64,000 nucleotides of DNA from Chloroflexota bacterium (GCA_964291655.2 OZ219802.1:1152001-1216000); one strand, 5' to 3'. Shown: positions 51,253-60,718, numbered from the stretch's first letter. The notes: a model not told the origin generated them from the sequence alone. Numbers and translations: made by a program.

Positions 51253-52602
51253 TTGATTGCACAACGTGTCAGCCTGAATAACCTCCTGGCAATCGCGCTC
51301 ACCGCAGCCGCTGCGGCCTATGTCGGCTGGAAGATTAGCCAGTCGCCCGATCAGGCCTTGCAGTTCGCGTTCAATGGTTTGTCCGTTGGAGCCGTATACG
51401 CCATGCTCGCCATGGGGTTTACCCTGGTCTACAGCACGGTCTGGTTCTTCGATCTCTACTATGGCGCGGCGGCTGCGCTCGGCGCGTACGGCGTCTTCTA
51501 CCTGCGGTCGCAAGAGACCCTCGGCGGGCTCTACGCAGTAAACAACGTATTCGTGAATGTCCTGTTCGCCGCGGTGACCGCCGGCGTCGTGGCCTGGGCC
51601 CTCTACGAGAGCCTGTACCCTCGCTTCCGTGCGCGTTTCAGCCCAATTGCTCTGCGCGCTATCCTGGGCCTCTTGGCGGCAGGAGCAGGCGTCTATATGG
51701 GCTATGTACTTTCGTTTCCCAAAGACCTGCACCTCACCCTAAGTCCGGTGATCGCTGTCGGTGTAGCCGTGGCTCTCACCTGGTCTCTGTACCAGGTCTT
51801 GCAGGGAGTTTGCGCCGGCCGCGTATTGCTGGGGCTCGTGAGCGTTACCGGCCTCGTGGCGGCGGCTCTGGGAGCATATTGCGGCTATCTTATCGCCAAC
51901 GCTCCCGATTCAAAGCTCTACTTGAGTTGGGGGCTCTCTTGCTTTCTGGCGGGCATCGTCGGTCTTGCCTTCTATCGGGGGTTATACGTGTACATGCGAG
52001 AGCGGTCGCGGTCGCCCCTCATAATGCTGGTCGCGTCGCTCGGTATCCTGCTGGCTATCACGGCACTCACGAGCATTGTCTTCGAAAGCACGCCACGCCC
52101 GCTGCCTGAGGCGCTTGGCAACGATCCGTTGGCCATCGCCGGGGCGACCATCAAAGGCTTCAACGTCTTCACCGTGGGTGTGGCGCTCGTAGGCTTCTTG
52201 TTTCTGCAGTTTCTACTCAAGCAGACCGCCTTCGGCAAGGCAGTGCGCGCAATTGGCGATGATGAAGAAGTCTCGAAAGTGGTGGGCATTAATACTACCA
52301 CGGTCATTGCCGTCGTCTTCTTCATCGGCGCAATCTATGCCGCCATGGCCGGACTGCTGAGCGGCCATGACACAGCCATTCAGCCCAGAATGGGATTATT
52401 GCTCCTCTTGAAAGGCTGGATCGCCTCTGTGGTCGGCGGTATCGGCAACCTGCAAGGCGCCATTGTTGGCGGGTTCGTGCTGGGCATGATCGAGCAGTTC
52501 GGCATCTGGGACTTAGCAGGCGAATGGAGAGACGTCATCTCCTTCATACTCCTTATTCTCTTCCTTTCCTTCTGGCCCACGGGCCTTCTGCCGAGGAAGT
52601 AG
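51253..52602 (+). CDS. livH: Branched-chain amino acid ABC permease (LivH-like)
   Basis: NGLSVGAVYAMLAMGFTLVY, FGKAVRA, VVGGIG. Confidence 0.82.
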   Translation: MIAQRVSLNNLLAIALTAAAAAYVGWKISQSPDQALQFAFNGLSVGAVYAMLAMGFTLVYSTVWFFDLYYGAAAALGAYGVFYLRSQETLGGLYAVNNVFVNVLFAAVTAGVVAWALYESLYPRFRARFSPIALRAILGLLAAGAGVYMGYVLSFPKDLHLTLSPVIAVGVAVALTWSLYQVLQGVCAGRVLLGLVSVTGLVAAALGAYCGYLIANAPDSKLYLSWGLSCFLAGIVGLAFYRGLYVYMRERSRSPLIMLVASLGILLAITALTSIVFESTPRPLPEALGNDPLAIAGATIKGFNVFTVGVALVGFLFLQFLLKQTAFGKAVRAIGDDEEVSKVVGINTTTVIAVVFFIGAIYAAMAGLLSGHDTAIQPRMGLLLLLKGWIASVVGGIGNLQGAIVGGFVLGMIEQFGIWDLAGEWRDVISFILLILFLSFWPTGLLPRK

Positions 52603-52608
52603 GCGCGC

Positions 52609-53664
52609 ATGCAGACAAACGCAGAGAGCAGCAGCAAGCCCACGCGGCTTCTTGGCAATCCTCAGGCACTCCTGGCATCCGCCAAGGGCAACCTGGAACT
52701 GTGGGCAAATCTGCTCATTATCGCCTGGGCGCTTGGTTTCATGCTGTGGCAAGGGGTGGGGTTCGCCATTACGGTGGGCACCGTCTTTGCCATCTGGGCG
52801 ATACTCAGCGTCAGCCTGAACCTCGTCGTGGGGTTTACCGGCTTGCTCTCGGTGGGCCACGTTGGCTTCTTCGGTATCGGCGCGTACACCGTGGCGATCC
52901 TCACCTCGCGGGCTGAGTACGAACAACTGCGCACCGAAGCCATCCCCACGTTTGGCTGGCCCTTCTTCGCGGCGCTGCCTGTGGGCGTACTGCTCGCCGG
53001 GATTGTCGCCATTGCAGTGGGCGTGGTGTTTAATCGCTTCCGAGACGATATCTACGTGCTCGTCTCATTTGGATTTGCCATTATCAGCTTCAACATCTTC
53101 TTGAATTGGCGGGGGCTCACGCGTGGAGCGTTCGGCATTCACGAAATTGCCCGGCCGGCGGTAGGTGGCTGGGCGCTCGACGACGAATTAGGATTCCTCA
53201 TATTCGCCCTCGCAATTCTCGCGATCGTCGTGCTGCTTTCCTGGCTCATCGTGACCTCCTCGTTCGGTCGCGTGCTCACCGCCATCCGCGAGGACGAGGA
53301 GGCGATTGCGGTATTTGGCTTCCGGACTACCCACTATAAGCTCGCAGTGTGGACAATATCGGCCATGATGGCAGGTCTGGCCGGCGGGCTCTTTGCAAGC
53401 TGGACAACGTTTGTAGACCCGAATTCATTCATTTTGCTTGAATCAATGCTGCTGGTCGCTATCGTGATTCTTGGTGGGCTGGCCACCATATGGGGTTCGC
53501 TTCTCGGCGCCATGACCTTTGTGCTTTTAGAAGAGGGCATGCGCTTCCTGCCGTTCCTGCCCACTATTCACGTCGGCCAAGCGCGGCTGGTCGTGCTGGG
53601 CATACTGTTAGTGCTGTTGATGCTCTTCCGGCCTCAGGGCCTGGTTGGGAGGTATAAGTTATGA
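52609..53664 (+). CDS. livM: Branched-chain amino acid ABC permease (LivM-like)
   Basis: LNLVVGFTGLLSVGH, FGRVLTAIREDE, RPQGL. Confidence 0.85.
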   Translation: MQTNAESSSKPTRLLGNPQALLASAKGNLELWANLLIIAWALGFMLWQGVGFAITVGTVFAIWAILSVSLNLVVGFTGLLSVGHVGFFGIGAYTVAILTSRAEYEQLRTEAIPTFGWPFFAALPVGVLLAGIVAIAVGVVFNRFRDDIYVLVSFGFAIISFNIFLNWRGLTRGAFGIHEIARPAVGGWALDDELGFLIFALAILAIVVLLSWLIVTSSFGRVLTAIREDEEAIAVFGFRTTHYKLAVWTISAMMAGLAGGLFASWTTFVDPNSFILLESMLLVAIVILGGLATIWGSLLGAMTFVLLEEGMRFLPFLPTIHVGQARLVVLGILLVLLMLFRPQGLVGRYKL

Positions 53665-54422
53665 GACCCGGTGCTGAACAAATCGACGATCCGTATGTCA
53701 TTCAGACGGATAGCATTTCCAAGAATTTTGGCGCAGTGCGGGCCGTGCGGAAACTTTCCATTTCCATTCCCAAGCGGGGCCTGACCAGCATCGCCGGGCC
53801 GAATGGTTCGGGAAAGTCCACGTTGGTTAACCTCCTGAGCGGCGTACTGCCGCTGGACGGAGGCATCGTCATTGTAGCCGGCACCAGCCTGAAGGTGGTA
53901 AAAGCCCACGACAATCCCGCCTTCGGCTTGACCCGCACGTTCCAGGAAGTGCGGCTCTTCGATCAGGTCACCGTGTGGAACAACATCATGGTGGTGCTGT
54001 CCGAACGCGGACCCTTTCGCGCGCTGCTGGAGCGCGTAAAGCCCGCGCAACGGGATAAGGTGCGCGGCATCTTGGAGAACGTCGGCCTCTGGGATAAGCG
54101 GGATGCCCTGGCCATGAATCTTTCCTACGGTCAGCGCAAGCTATTGGAAATCGGCCGCGCTATGGCTATGGAGGCCGATATCTACCTCTTCGACGAGCCC
54201 TTTGCCGGCCTCTTCCCCGAGATGGTGGAGAAGGTGAAGGAAATCATGAACCGGATGCGGGAGCAGGGCGACACCATCGTCTTCATTTCCCACAATATGG
54301 ATATCGTGCGCGAGCTTTCCGATCACCTTATTATCCTGGATAGCGGCAGCCTGCTTGCGGAAGGAGCGGTAGACGAGGTATTGAGCCGCCCGAAGGTGAT
54401 CGAAGCTTACTTGGGAGCGTGA
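53661..54422 (+). CDS. livG: ABC ATP-binding protein (LivG-like)
   Basis: GPNGSGKST, RTFQ, LSYGQRK, DEPFAG, AYLG. Confidence 0.88.
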   Translation: MRPGAEQIDDPYVIQTDSISKNFGAVRAVRKLSISIPKRGLTSIAGPNGSGKSTLVNLLSGVLPLDGGIVIVAGTSLKVVKAHDNPAFGLTRTFQEVRLFDQVTVWNNIMVVLSERGPFRALLERVKPAQRDKVRGILENVGLWDKRDALAMNLSYGQRKLLEIGRAMAMEADIYLFDEPFAGLFPEMVEKVKEIMNRMREQGDTIVFISHNMDIVRELSDHLIILDSGSLLAEGAVDEVLSRPKVIEAYLGA

Positions 54423-54718
54423 ATTCAAGCGACGAGTGTGTTAGAAAGCTCTCGATGGTGATGAACTGAAGCTACAGGCAGGTTCCTATTCCCTGACTGT
54501 TGCCAATGCTGGAATACTCTAGTAGCAGAAAAACACCTGAAACGGCCTATAGAACAAACGCCACTCCTGCCTCGGGGAGAGGGCCGGGGTGAGGGAAAAA
54601 CTCCAGAGCACTTTCAAATTCCTTTAGCATCCGCCGCACATTCAAATCGCGAGAAACTCGATCCAGGACAACACAATGGGCACCCCCACAACCAACTAAT
54701 CAGGGGAATTAGTAGAAC

Positions 54719-54747
54719 TTGACTTAATGGTGTCTTGTGTCTAGTCT
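54719..54747 (+). promoter_or_regulatory. Sigma70-type promoter at the IS1595 end
   Basis: TTGACT-17 nt-TAGTCT. Confidence 0.6.
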
Positions 54748-54753
54748 ATGGGG

Positions 54754-54854
54754 TGCCACAGTTTGATACGTACGCGAGCCCGGTAGGAGCACACCGCAGG
54801 TTTAGGATATTCATGTCTCCTTGCGGCTCGCGTGCTAGGTTTCAAACTGTGGCA
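54754..54854 (+). ncRNA. Candidate structured RNA (long multi-stem hairpin)
   Basis: TGCCACAGTTTGA/TCAAACTGTGGCA, TACGCGAGCC/GGCTCGCGTG and AGGAG/CTCCT nested stems. Confidence 0.45.
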
Positions 54855-54891
54855 AGTCTAAAACCTTCAGTGTGTCGCAAGGAGGCACCTC

Positions 54892-55539
54892 ATGACTAGC
54901 ATACTGCGTCGTTCCTTGATTATATTGGCAGTGCTGCTATTAGTCACCCCAGCAGCATTGTTTGCACAGTCCGAGACTGCGTCCGAGATTATCGATCTGA
55001 TCTTCTCCGATGACGAATCCAAGATTACGATCTCGGAGACCATCGAGACCAACGCCCGGGTTGCCTTTACCCATGACGGCCAGGACTACGTCATACGCGT
55101 GCCGGTCACGATTGCTGTGGACGAGACGCTCCCCCTCTTGGATAACGTGAGCTCCACGACCAGCGCTGCTCGCGTTGGGGTGTTTGCCATCGAGGTTACG
55201 GGGATAGACGAGACTGAAGACGAAATCACCGTAGGCTACTTTGACTACGCTCCCAGCGAAGGCAACAAGCTCGTCGGCGTGTTCTTCACACTTACGAATA
55301 TCAGCCAGTCACCTCATCGCTTCGCCCAGTGGTCAAGTGATGGCGTAGTCGTCGGCATCGACGACCTGGGGCAGCGGTACGATACGGCGGAGCTCCTCGG
55401 ATGCGAGGAAGTGAATCCAGGCAGCAAGGTAGAGTGCCTTGCTCTATTCGACGTGAAACTGGATGTGACGCTTTCCTCAATGGACATCCAGGCAATCGAT
55501 CAACTAACCGTGACGCTGGAGGAAGCGTCTAATGAGTAA
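54892..55539 (+). CDS. Secreted protein with a DUF4352-like Ig-fold C-terminus (IS passenger)
   Basis: AAGGAGG SD, signal peptide, PSEGNKLVGVFFTLTN...VNPG...FDV pattern. Confidence 0.75.
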   Translation: MTSILRRSLIILAVLLLVTPAALFAQSETASEIIDLIFSDDESKITISETIETNARVAFTHDGQDYVIRVPVTIAVDETLPLLDNVSSTTSAARVGVFAIEVTGIDETEDEITVGYFDYAPSEGNKLVGVFFTLTNISQSPHRFAQWSSDGVVVGIDDLGQRYDTAELLGCEEVNPGSKVECLALFDVKLDVTLSSMDIQAIDQLTVTLEEASNE

Positions 55540-55789
55540 CCCGATCAACCGGACGGAGCGCGTCGAATTGAAAAGCGGTTGGCTCAAACTTGGGGAAAGC
55601 CAGGGGCGCGCCGTAGACCGTGTCATCGAGCGCATGAATGAGGATGGTTACCGACTAGTCTTTATTACTGAGGACAGGTGGTCGTTTGGCAAGAAGCTCG
55701 GTACCTTTCTCTTGTTTTGTATCTCGTTCGGATTCCGAGGGCGGAAACCAAGCGTCTTGATCGTCGGGGAACGCATCATCGAGGATTAA
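55532..55789 (+). CDS. Small hypothetical protein (IS passenger)
   Basis: 85 aa, overlaps the upstream stop, MNEDGYRLV plus a hydrophobic stretch. Confidence 0.65.
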   Translation: MSNPINRTERVELKSGWLKLGESQGRAVDRVIERMNEDGYRLVFITEDRWSFGKKLGTFLLFCISFGFRGRKPSVLIVGERIIED

Positions 55790-56027
55790 TGCTACACTTG
55801 GAATAGGCGTATAAAGAACACGCCCTCGGTGCTGATAACACCGAGGGCAACCCTCCCGAAGGAGTTGTATCTAGATATGTTTATCGTAGACAGCGCATTC
55901 CCTATTGTCAAGAATCCCGCTCTTGACCGTGCCCGGCGTTGATCGAGGGCGGGGTCCTACTGGTAAGCGGTGTGGTTGTGCTTGCCGTATTCCTGTACTT
56001 GTGGATTCAAGAGAATCTAAACACTGA

Positions 56028-56231
56028 TTAGTCCTCTGTTTCTTCAATCCACCAATCCGCTATTCTTCCGGTGAACTTGCCGACAATCTCCCCGTCGCGT
56101 TTCAGTGTGACGTACTTCAAATTGAGGTCGCTCTCGGTACAAATCGTGTCCGCATGAACGAGGGCTTCCGGTTTGTCGTCAATGCGTATATGGTAGATGC
56201 GCTTCTTAGGTTCTTCCGTTGTCGGCGTCAT
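56028..56231 (-). CDS. Small hypothetical protein directly downstream of the transposase
   Basis: ATG immediately follows the transposase TAA; 67 aa. Confidence 0.6.
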   Translation of the reverse strand: MTPTTEEPKKRIYHIRIDDKPEALVHADTICTESDLNLKYVTLKRDGEIVGKFTGRIADWWIEETED

Positions 56232-57092
56232 TTACGCTACTCCCATCGCTCGCTGCATGAAGTCGCTAAAGGGCGTTTCCGATTCCCTAGTATTGTACTT
56301 GTAGCTTGCCTCGTCAATATAGCGGTCTGCCCACTCTATCGTGTAGTGGTGGTGCTGGCCGGAGATAGCGCGCTTCACCAGCGCCCAGAAGCCCTCGATG
56401 GTGTTCGTGTGAATCTCGCCATCAACGTACCGCTTGGAGTGGTTGATCCGCTTGTGGCTGATCCAGTCGTGGGCATCGTTGTAGACGGAGTACATGTCGG
56501 TAATGAGCATGGCGCGTGGGTCAACGTTCCGGCGCAGGAATGCGTTGATGAGTTTGGAAGTGACACGGGGAGACGGCTCCGCTCTTACTTTGCCGTCGCG
56601 CTCGACTACGCCGACCACGGGAGTTTTCTTGCTTGGTCGGCGTTGCCCTGGCGTTTTGGGGCCGCGCGGCTTGCCACCTATGTAGGTCTCGTCAGCTTCC
56701 ACGATGCCCCGGAGGAACGCGCCGTCCTCTTTCATGGCTTTGCGGATTCGCATCGCCATGTACCATGCCGTTTTCTGATTCAGGTCTAGGTCGCGGGCAA
56801 GCTGGCAACTGGATACTGACTTCTTGGCGTTCAGCAGAATCGCGATTGCCGCGAACCACTTAGGGAGCGGTATCTTGGTTCCCTGGAAGATGGTACCGGA
56901 AGTGACCTTGAACGCTGACAGGCAGTTGTGGCAGTTCCAGCGGCCTACGCCGGCATTGTTCTTGATGCGCCGCGCCACTTCCAAACTCTGGCAGTAGGGG
57001 CAGTAGGGCTTGCCTTGCCACTTCACCTTTTCAAGCAGATCGATGCACGAATCTTGGTTGCCGAATTGCTGGACGATGCTGATTACGTTCAT
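56232..57092 (-). CDS. IS1595-family transposase
   Basis: CPYC/CHNC zinc ribbon, VEADETYIGG, ITD, HTNTIEGFW. Confidence 0.93.
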   Translation of the reverse strand: MNVISIVQQFGNQDSCIDLLEKVKWQGKPYCPYCQSLEVARRIKNNAGVGRWNCHNCLSAFKVTSGTIFQGTKIPLPKWFAAIAILLNAKKSVSSCQLARDLDLNQKTAWYMAMRIRKAMKEDGAFLRGIVEADETYIGGKPRGPKTPGQRRPSKKTPVVGVVERDGKVRAEPSPRVTSKLINAFLRRNVDPRAMLITDMYSVYNDAHDWISHKRINHSKRYVDGEIHTNTIEGFWALVKRAISGQHHHYTIEWADRYIDEASYKYNTRESETPFSDFMQRAMGVA

Positions 57093-57112
57093 GACTTCTA
57101 CCTCCTAAAGAC

Positions 57113-57141
57113 ATTGTACTAAATGCCGTTTAGGTAGTCAA
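57113..57141 (-). promoter_or_regulatory. Sigma70 promoter of the IS1595 transposase
   Basis: TTGACT-17 nt-TACAAT followed by AGGAGGT SD. Confidence 0.7.
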
Positions 57142-57199
57142 GTCTTATTCTACTAATTCCCCTAATCAGGAACCATTCCTGCCCCCTCTCCTCGGGGAG

Positions 57200-58464
57200 T
57201 GTACAGACTGGGCTGATAGGTAACAGGTGTTCGGGTTGATAGGTTACACATTTTGTTCTCTGAGGTCTATGGTTTTGATGCGTTGTATTGAGAAGTGCAC
57301 GTTCCAGATGCCGTCGGTTTGGGCAGGCCTGAGTGCGACCTGTTTGTGGGTGAAGGCCCTGCCCACACGGAGCCGTCTGCCCTGGAAGGAGATGCGACCG
57401 GAGACATCGACGCTGCGCACGTGGTCGTCAGGAGCGTAGTCGAGGGCAGGCAACGTCTCAGGGAAGGGGCGCGGACTAGGCGTGTATCTGGTGATGGGTG
57501 TGTCGAGATCGAGGGCATGATGGGGGCGTTCCAAGTTGTAGAAGTCGCGCCAGGTGTCGAAGGCGCCCTGGCAGTGCTCCAGGTCGGTGAAGCTGGTTCC
57601 TGCCAGCAGTTCGCTCTTGAGCGAGCGGTGGAAGCGTTCCAGCTTGCCGAGTGTCTGGGGATGATAGGGTCTACTGTGGAGCACGCTGATGCCCAGCTGC
57701 ATGAGCCAGACGGTGAGGGGCGTAAAAGGCTGGGCACTGTCGTTGCCCCAGGGGGAGCCGTTATCCATGAGCATGGCCTGGGGCAGGCCGTAGCGCCGAA
57801 AGACAGTGGTGAGGCGGTCTTGAACCGTCTCTCCCCGCTCGTTGGCGCAGGCCTGTAAACCTAGGTTGAAGCGGGAATGATCGTCCAGGAGGGTAAGCGG
57901 ATGGCAGCGGTTCTGCTGCATGACGAAATGTCCCTTGAAGTCCATCTGCCACAGCTCGTTGGGCTGGGGTCGTTCGAAGCGCACATGGGGCGTGTGCTTG
58001 GCGCTCTGGGCTGGATCGATGAGCCCATGGCGTTTGAGAATGGCATTGATGGTGCTCTTGGCCGGCACGTCGGTATGCCCCTGGTCCTGCAGCATTCTGC
58101 GCAGCACATGGGCGCCCTTCGTAGGATGCGCCAGACGCAGCGCGATGATGCGTTCCTCCATCGCCGGGCGCGTGCGGTGCGGACACGTGTGCGTGCGGTG
58201 CGAACGGTCACGCAGGCTCTGCGCTCCCCCCGACGCGTACCGCCGCAACCACTTGTAGCCAGTCTTGCGGCTGATGTTGAACCGACCGCACAATTCGCTC
58301 ATTCTCACCGCGCCACTATTGGCCAGAGCAATAAACTCTTCCCGGGCAGACATAAGCGTTTCCACCTTCCACGACATGGTCATCCTCCCGCTGCAAGATT
58401 CTCCATGCCTATAGGTGTAACCTATCAACCCGAACAAGCGTTACCCATCAACCCGGTCTATACA
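57200..58464 (-). mobile_element. IS481-family insertion sequence (1265 bp), second variant
   Basis: TGT...ACA ends, TSD GGGAG. Confidence 0.92.
57244..58377 (-). CDS. IS481-family transposase
   Basis: MSWKVE start; core nearly identical to 8588..9721. Confidence 0.93.
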   Translation of the reverse strand: MSWKVETLMSAREEFIALANSGAVRMSELCGRFNISRKTGYKWLRRYASGGAQSLRDRSHRTHTCPHRTRPAMEERIIALRLAHPTKGAHVLRRMLQDQGHTDVPAKSTINAILKRHGLIDPAQSAKHTPHVRFERPQPNELWQMDFKGHFVMQQNRCHPLTLLDDHSRFNLGLQACANERGETVQDRLTTVFRRYGLPQAMLMDNGSPWGNDSAQPFTPLTVWLMQLGISVLHSRPYHPQTLGKLERFHRSLKSELLAGTSFTDLEHCQGAFDTWRDFYNLERPHHALDLDTPITRYTPSPRPFPETLPALDYAPDDHVRSVDVSGRISFQGRRLRVGRAFTHKQVALRPAQTDGIWNVHFSIQRIKTIDLREQNV

Positions 58465-58725
58465 GGGAGAGGGCCGGGGTGAGGGGAAAACTCCAGAGCA
58501 CTATCAGATTGCAGAAGCACCCGCCGCGCACTCAAACCTCAAGAATCTCGACTAAGGACAACACAATGGGTACCCCCACATCCAACTAACCAGGGACCAC
58601 TCCTACCCCCTCTCCTCGGGGAGAGGGCCGGGGTGAGGGGATATCTTCAGAGTACTATCAGATTGCAAAAGCACACGCCACAAACTCAATCCGCGAGAAT
58701 CTCGAGCTAGGACTTCACAATGGAT
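58465..58725. repeat. ~154-bp tandem units containing the G-rich repeat; the first unit (54565-54703 + 57170-57199) is split by IS elements
   Basis: GGGAGAGGGCCGGGGTGAGGG...CAGAG(C/T)ACT...ACAATGG repeated three times. Confidence 0.8.
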
Positions 58726-59514
58726 ACTCCACAAGAGACAGCCCAGGCGCAGGACCCCAATCCGCCTGCTGCCGGTACCATCACGAACGACGCGCCCATT
58801 CTCGAGCTCTCCGGCATCTCCGTGCACTACGGCGCCGTGGTCGCGCTCAATGACGTTTCGCTGGGGGTGCGCCGCGGCGAGGTGGTGGCTGTGATGGGCC
58901 CTAACGGCGCCGGCAAGTCCACGGTGCTCAAGGCTGTCATGGGGCTGGCGCCCGTGGTTTCGGGTGAAGTCCTGTGGCGGCGGGAACGGCTGGCGGCAAA
59001 GACCCACGAGATCGTGAAAGAAGGCATTGCATTCGTGCCACAGGGCCGGCGCGTCTTCACGCATCTCACCATCCAGGAGAACCTGGAAATGGGCTGCCTC
59101 CACTTGAAAGACAAGGCGGAGAAACAGCGCCGTCTCGAGTCAGTGATGCGGATCTTTCCAATCTTGGAAAGCAAGCGCCGCGACCTCGCCAGCGCGATGT
59201 CCGGCGGACAGCAGCAGATGCTCGCCCTGGGCCGCGGCCTCATGGCCGGTCCCGACGTGCTCCTGCTCGATGAACCCACCCTCGGCCTGGCGCCCATCGT
59301 GGTCAAAGAGGTCTTCGAGCGCGTATCCGAGATCAGCGAACGGCTCAAGACCACGATCATGATCGTGGAGCACAACATCAAAGGCGTGCTCGACATCGTC
59401 GACCGCGCCTACGTCCTCGATAAAGGCCGCGTCGTCTTCACCGGCACCCCCGACACCATCCGCGAAACCGACATCCTCACCCAAGTCTTCCTCGGCAAAT
59501 CAGGTGCGAGCTAG
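58720..59514 (+). CDS. livF: ABC ATP-binding protein (LivF-like)
   Basis: GPNGAGKST, VPQGRRVF, MSGGQQQMLA, LDEPTLGLAP. Confidence 0.9.
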   Translation: MDTPQETAQAQDPNPPAAGTITNDAPILELSGISVHYGAVVALNDVSLGVRRGEVVAVMGPNGAGKSTVLKAVMGLAPVVSGEVLWRRERLAAKTHEIVKEGIAFVPQGRRVFTHLTIQENLEMGCLHLKDKAEKQRRLESVMRIFPILESKRRDLASAMSGGQQQMLALGRGLMAGPDVLLLDEPTLGLAPIVVKEVFERVSEISERLKTTIMIVEHNIKGVLDIVDRAYVLDKGRVVFTGTPDTIRETDILTQVFLGKSGAS

Positions 59515-59764
59515 CCTAGATAGCGAGGTAATTGAAGAATCTGTCGCTATGCGCGGAATGTACAATTGATCCAAAAGGGAGTCTCGACCACGCGGTGCGC
59601 GGATCATCGCTATGAGGATGCTTAGAGAGTAGTGGGAGCGGCACGCCAGAGCTGAAGGCCTGCTACGCGATAGGAACAAGAGAGTCAAGTAGCAGTGTTC
59701 TTGGATGAGGAGTGAATTGAGACGCTGGCGGAGGGCTGAGGATTAGGGGAGGAGGGAGACGAAG

Positions 59765-60253
59765 ATGATGGACTCGATAGTCCAAGGTGCCATAGCTGGC
59801 CTCATCGCGGCATTAGCAACGACGTTCATTCTTGGCGCAGCAAGGGTCGTTTACAATGGGTTGGAGAGGCACCGAGAGGCAAGAATCATTCGTGAGATAC
59901 TCGTTGAAGGAAGCAAGCTCGTCTTAGAAACGGAGGATGCACCTGTTGAGAATATGCAGGCTGTCCTGCCAGCAGATAAACTACGCGCAGCGCGGTACAA
60001 TCGAATGCTAAAGAAGGTTGGGTTTGCCCTTGAGAAACGAGTGAAGCATTTGAGAATTGACCAGATAGAAGAACTGTATTATGCCTTAGACTGGCACAAC
60101 ACTGAAGGTTTGCACGTTACCAAGCGTACTGATGGTAGAATCGAATTCCACAATGTCCCTGACGGGCAATGGCCCGGGACAACGATGACGACTGAGATCG
60201 CAAAGCATAGATTTGAGCAGATTCAAGCTGTTTCATGGCTCAATTTGATCTAA
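59765..60253 (+). CDS. Hypothetical protein with an N-terminal membrane anchor
   Basis: 162-aa ORF, strong SD, hydrophobic N-terminus. Confidence 0.7.
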   Translation: MMDSIVQGAIAGLIAALATTFILGAARVVYNGLERHREARIIREILVEGSKLVLETEDAPVENMQAVLPADKLRAARYNRMLKKVGFALEKRVKHLRIDQIEELYYALDWHNTEGLHVTKRTDGRIEFHNVPDGQWPGTTMTTEIAKHRFEQIQAVSWLNLI

Positions 60254-60427
60254 TTGCGGAATCCCTGGCCTTTACCGGGGGTTCCGCTATAGCAGCTATT
60301 CCTGCCTGGCCCAATATTCAAAGCAAGTACGTTAGTTTCAAGTATTGTACACTGGACGCGTTGCATGCATACGCTTTGTCGGCACAAATGCCGATTACAG
60401 CCGCATCAATGCAGTGGAAGTGTCTCC

Positions 60428-60718
60428 ATGACAAGAGTTGAGAGAATCCGCACCGAGGCTGATTACGACGCAGCCTTGGGCCGGATTTCCAAACTTATGG
60501 ATGCCCTGTCAGGACCGCAAGGGCAGGTAACGGATCCGAATCACCCCCATCGAGTCGAACTCGATTCCCTTGTCAGCCAAGTCGAACGCTTCGAAGACAA
60601 GCACTACCCAATCGACTCTCCTAGCCCCAAAGAGGCTATCGAGTTCTCCATCGACCTGACCGGCAAGGCCCCGCGTGACTTGACCGCCCGCAGCGAAAGA
60701 CCCGAAAAGGTCTCCTAA
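60428..60718 (+). CDS. HigA-like antitoxin N-terminal fragment (HTH truncated)
   Basis: IRTEADYDAALGRI...ELDSL...FEDKHYPIDSPSPKEAIEF, then early stop. Confidence 0.65.
   Translation: MTRVERIRTEADYDAALGRISKLMDALSGPQGQVTDPNHPHRVELDSLVSQVERFEDKHYPIDSPSPKEAIEFSIDLTGKAPRDLTARSERPEKVS

Larger units (their letters stand above)
54704..57161 (-). mobile_element. IS1595-family element with passenger genes (2458 bp)
   Basis: TIR GGGAATTAGTAGAA; 8-bp TSD CTAATCAG; homologous empty site near 58575-58600. Confidence 0.9.
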
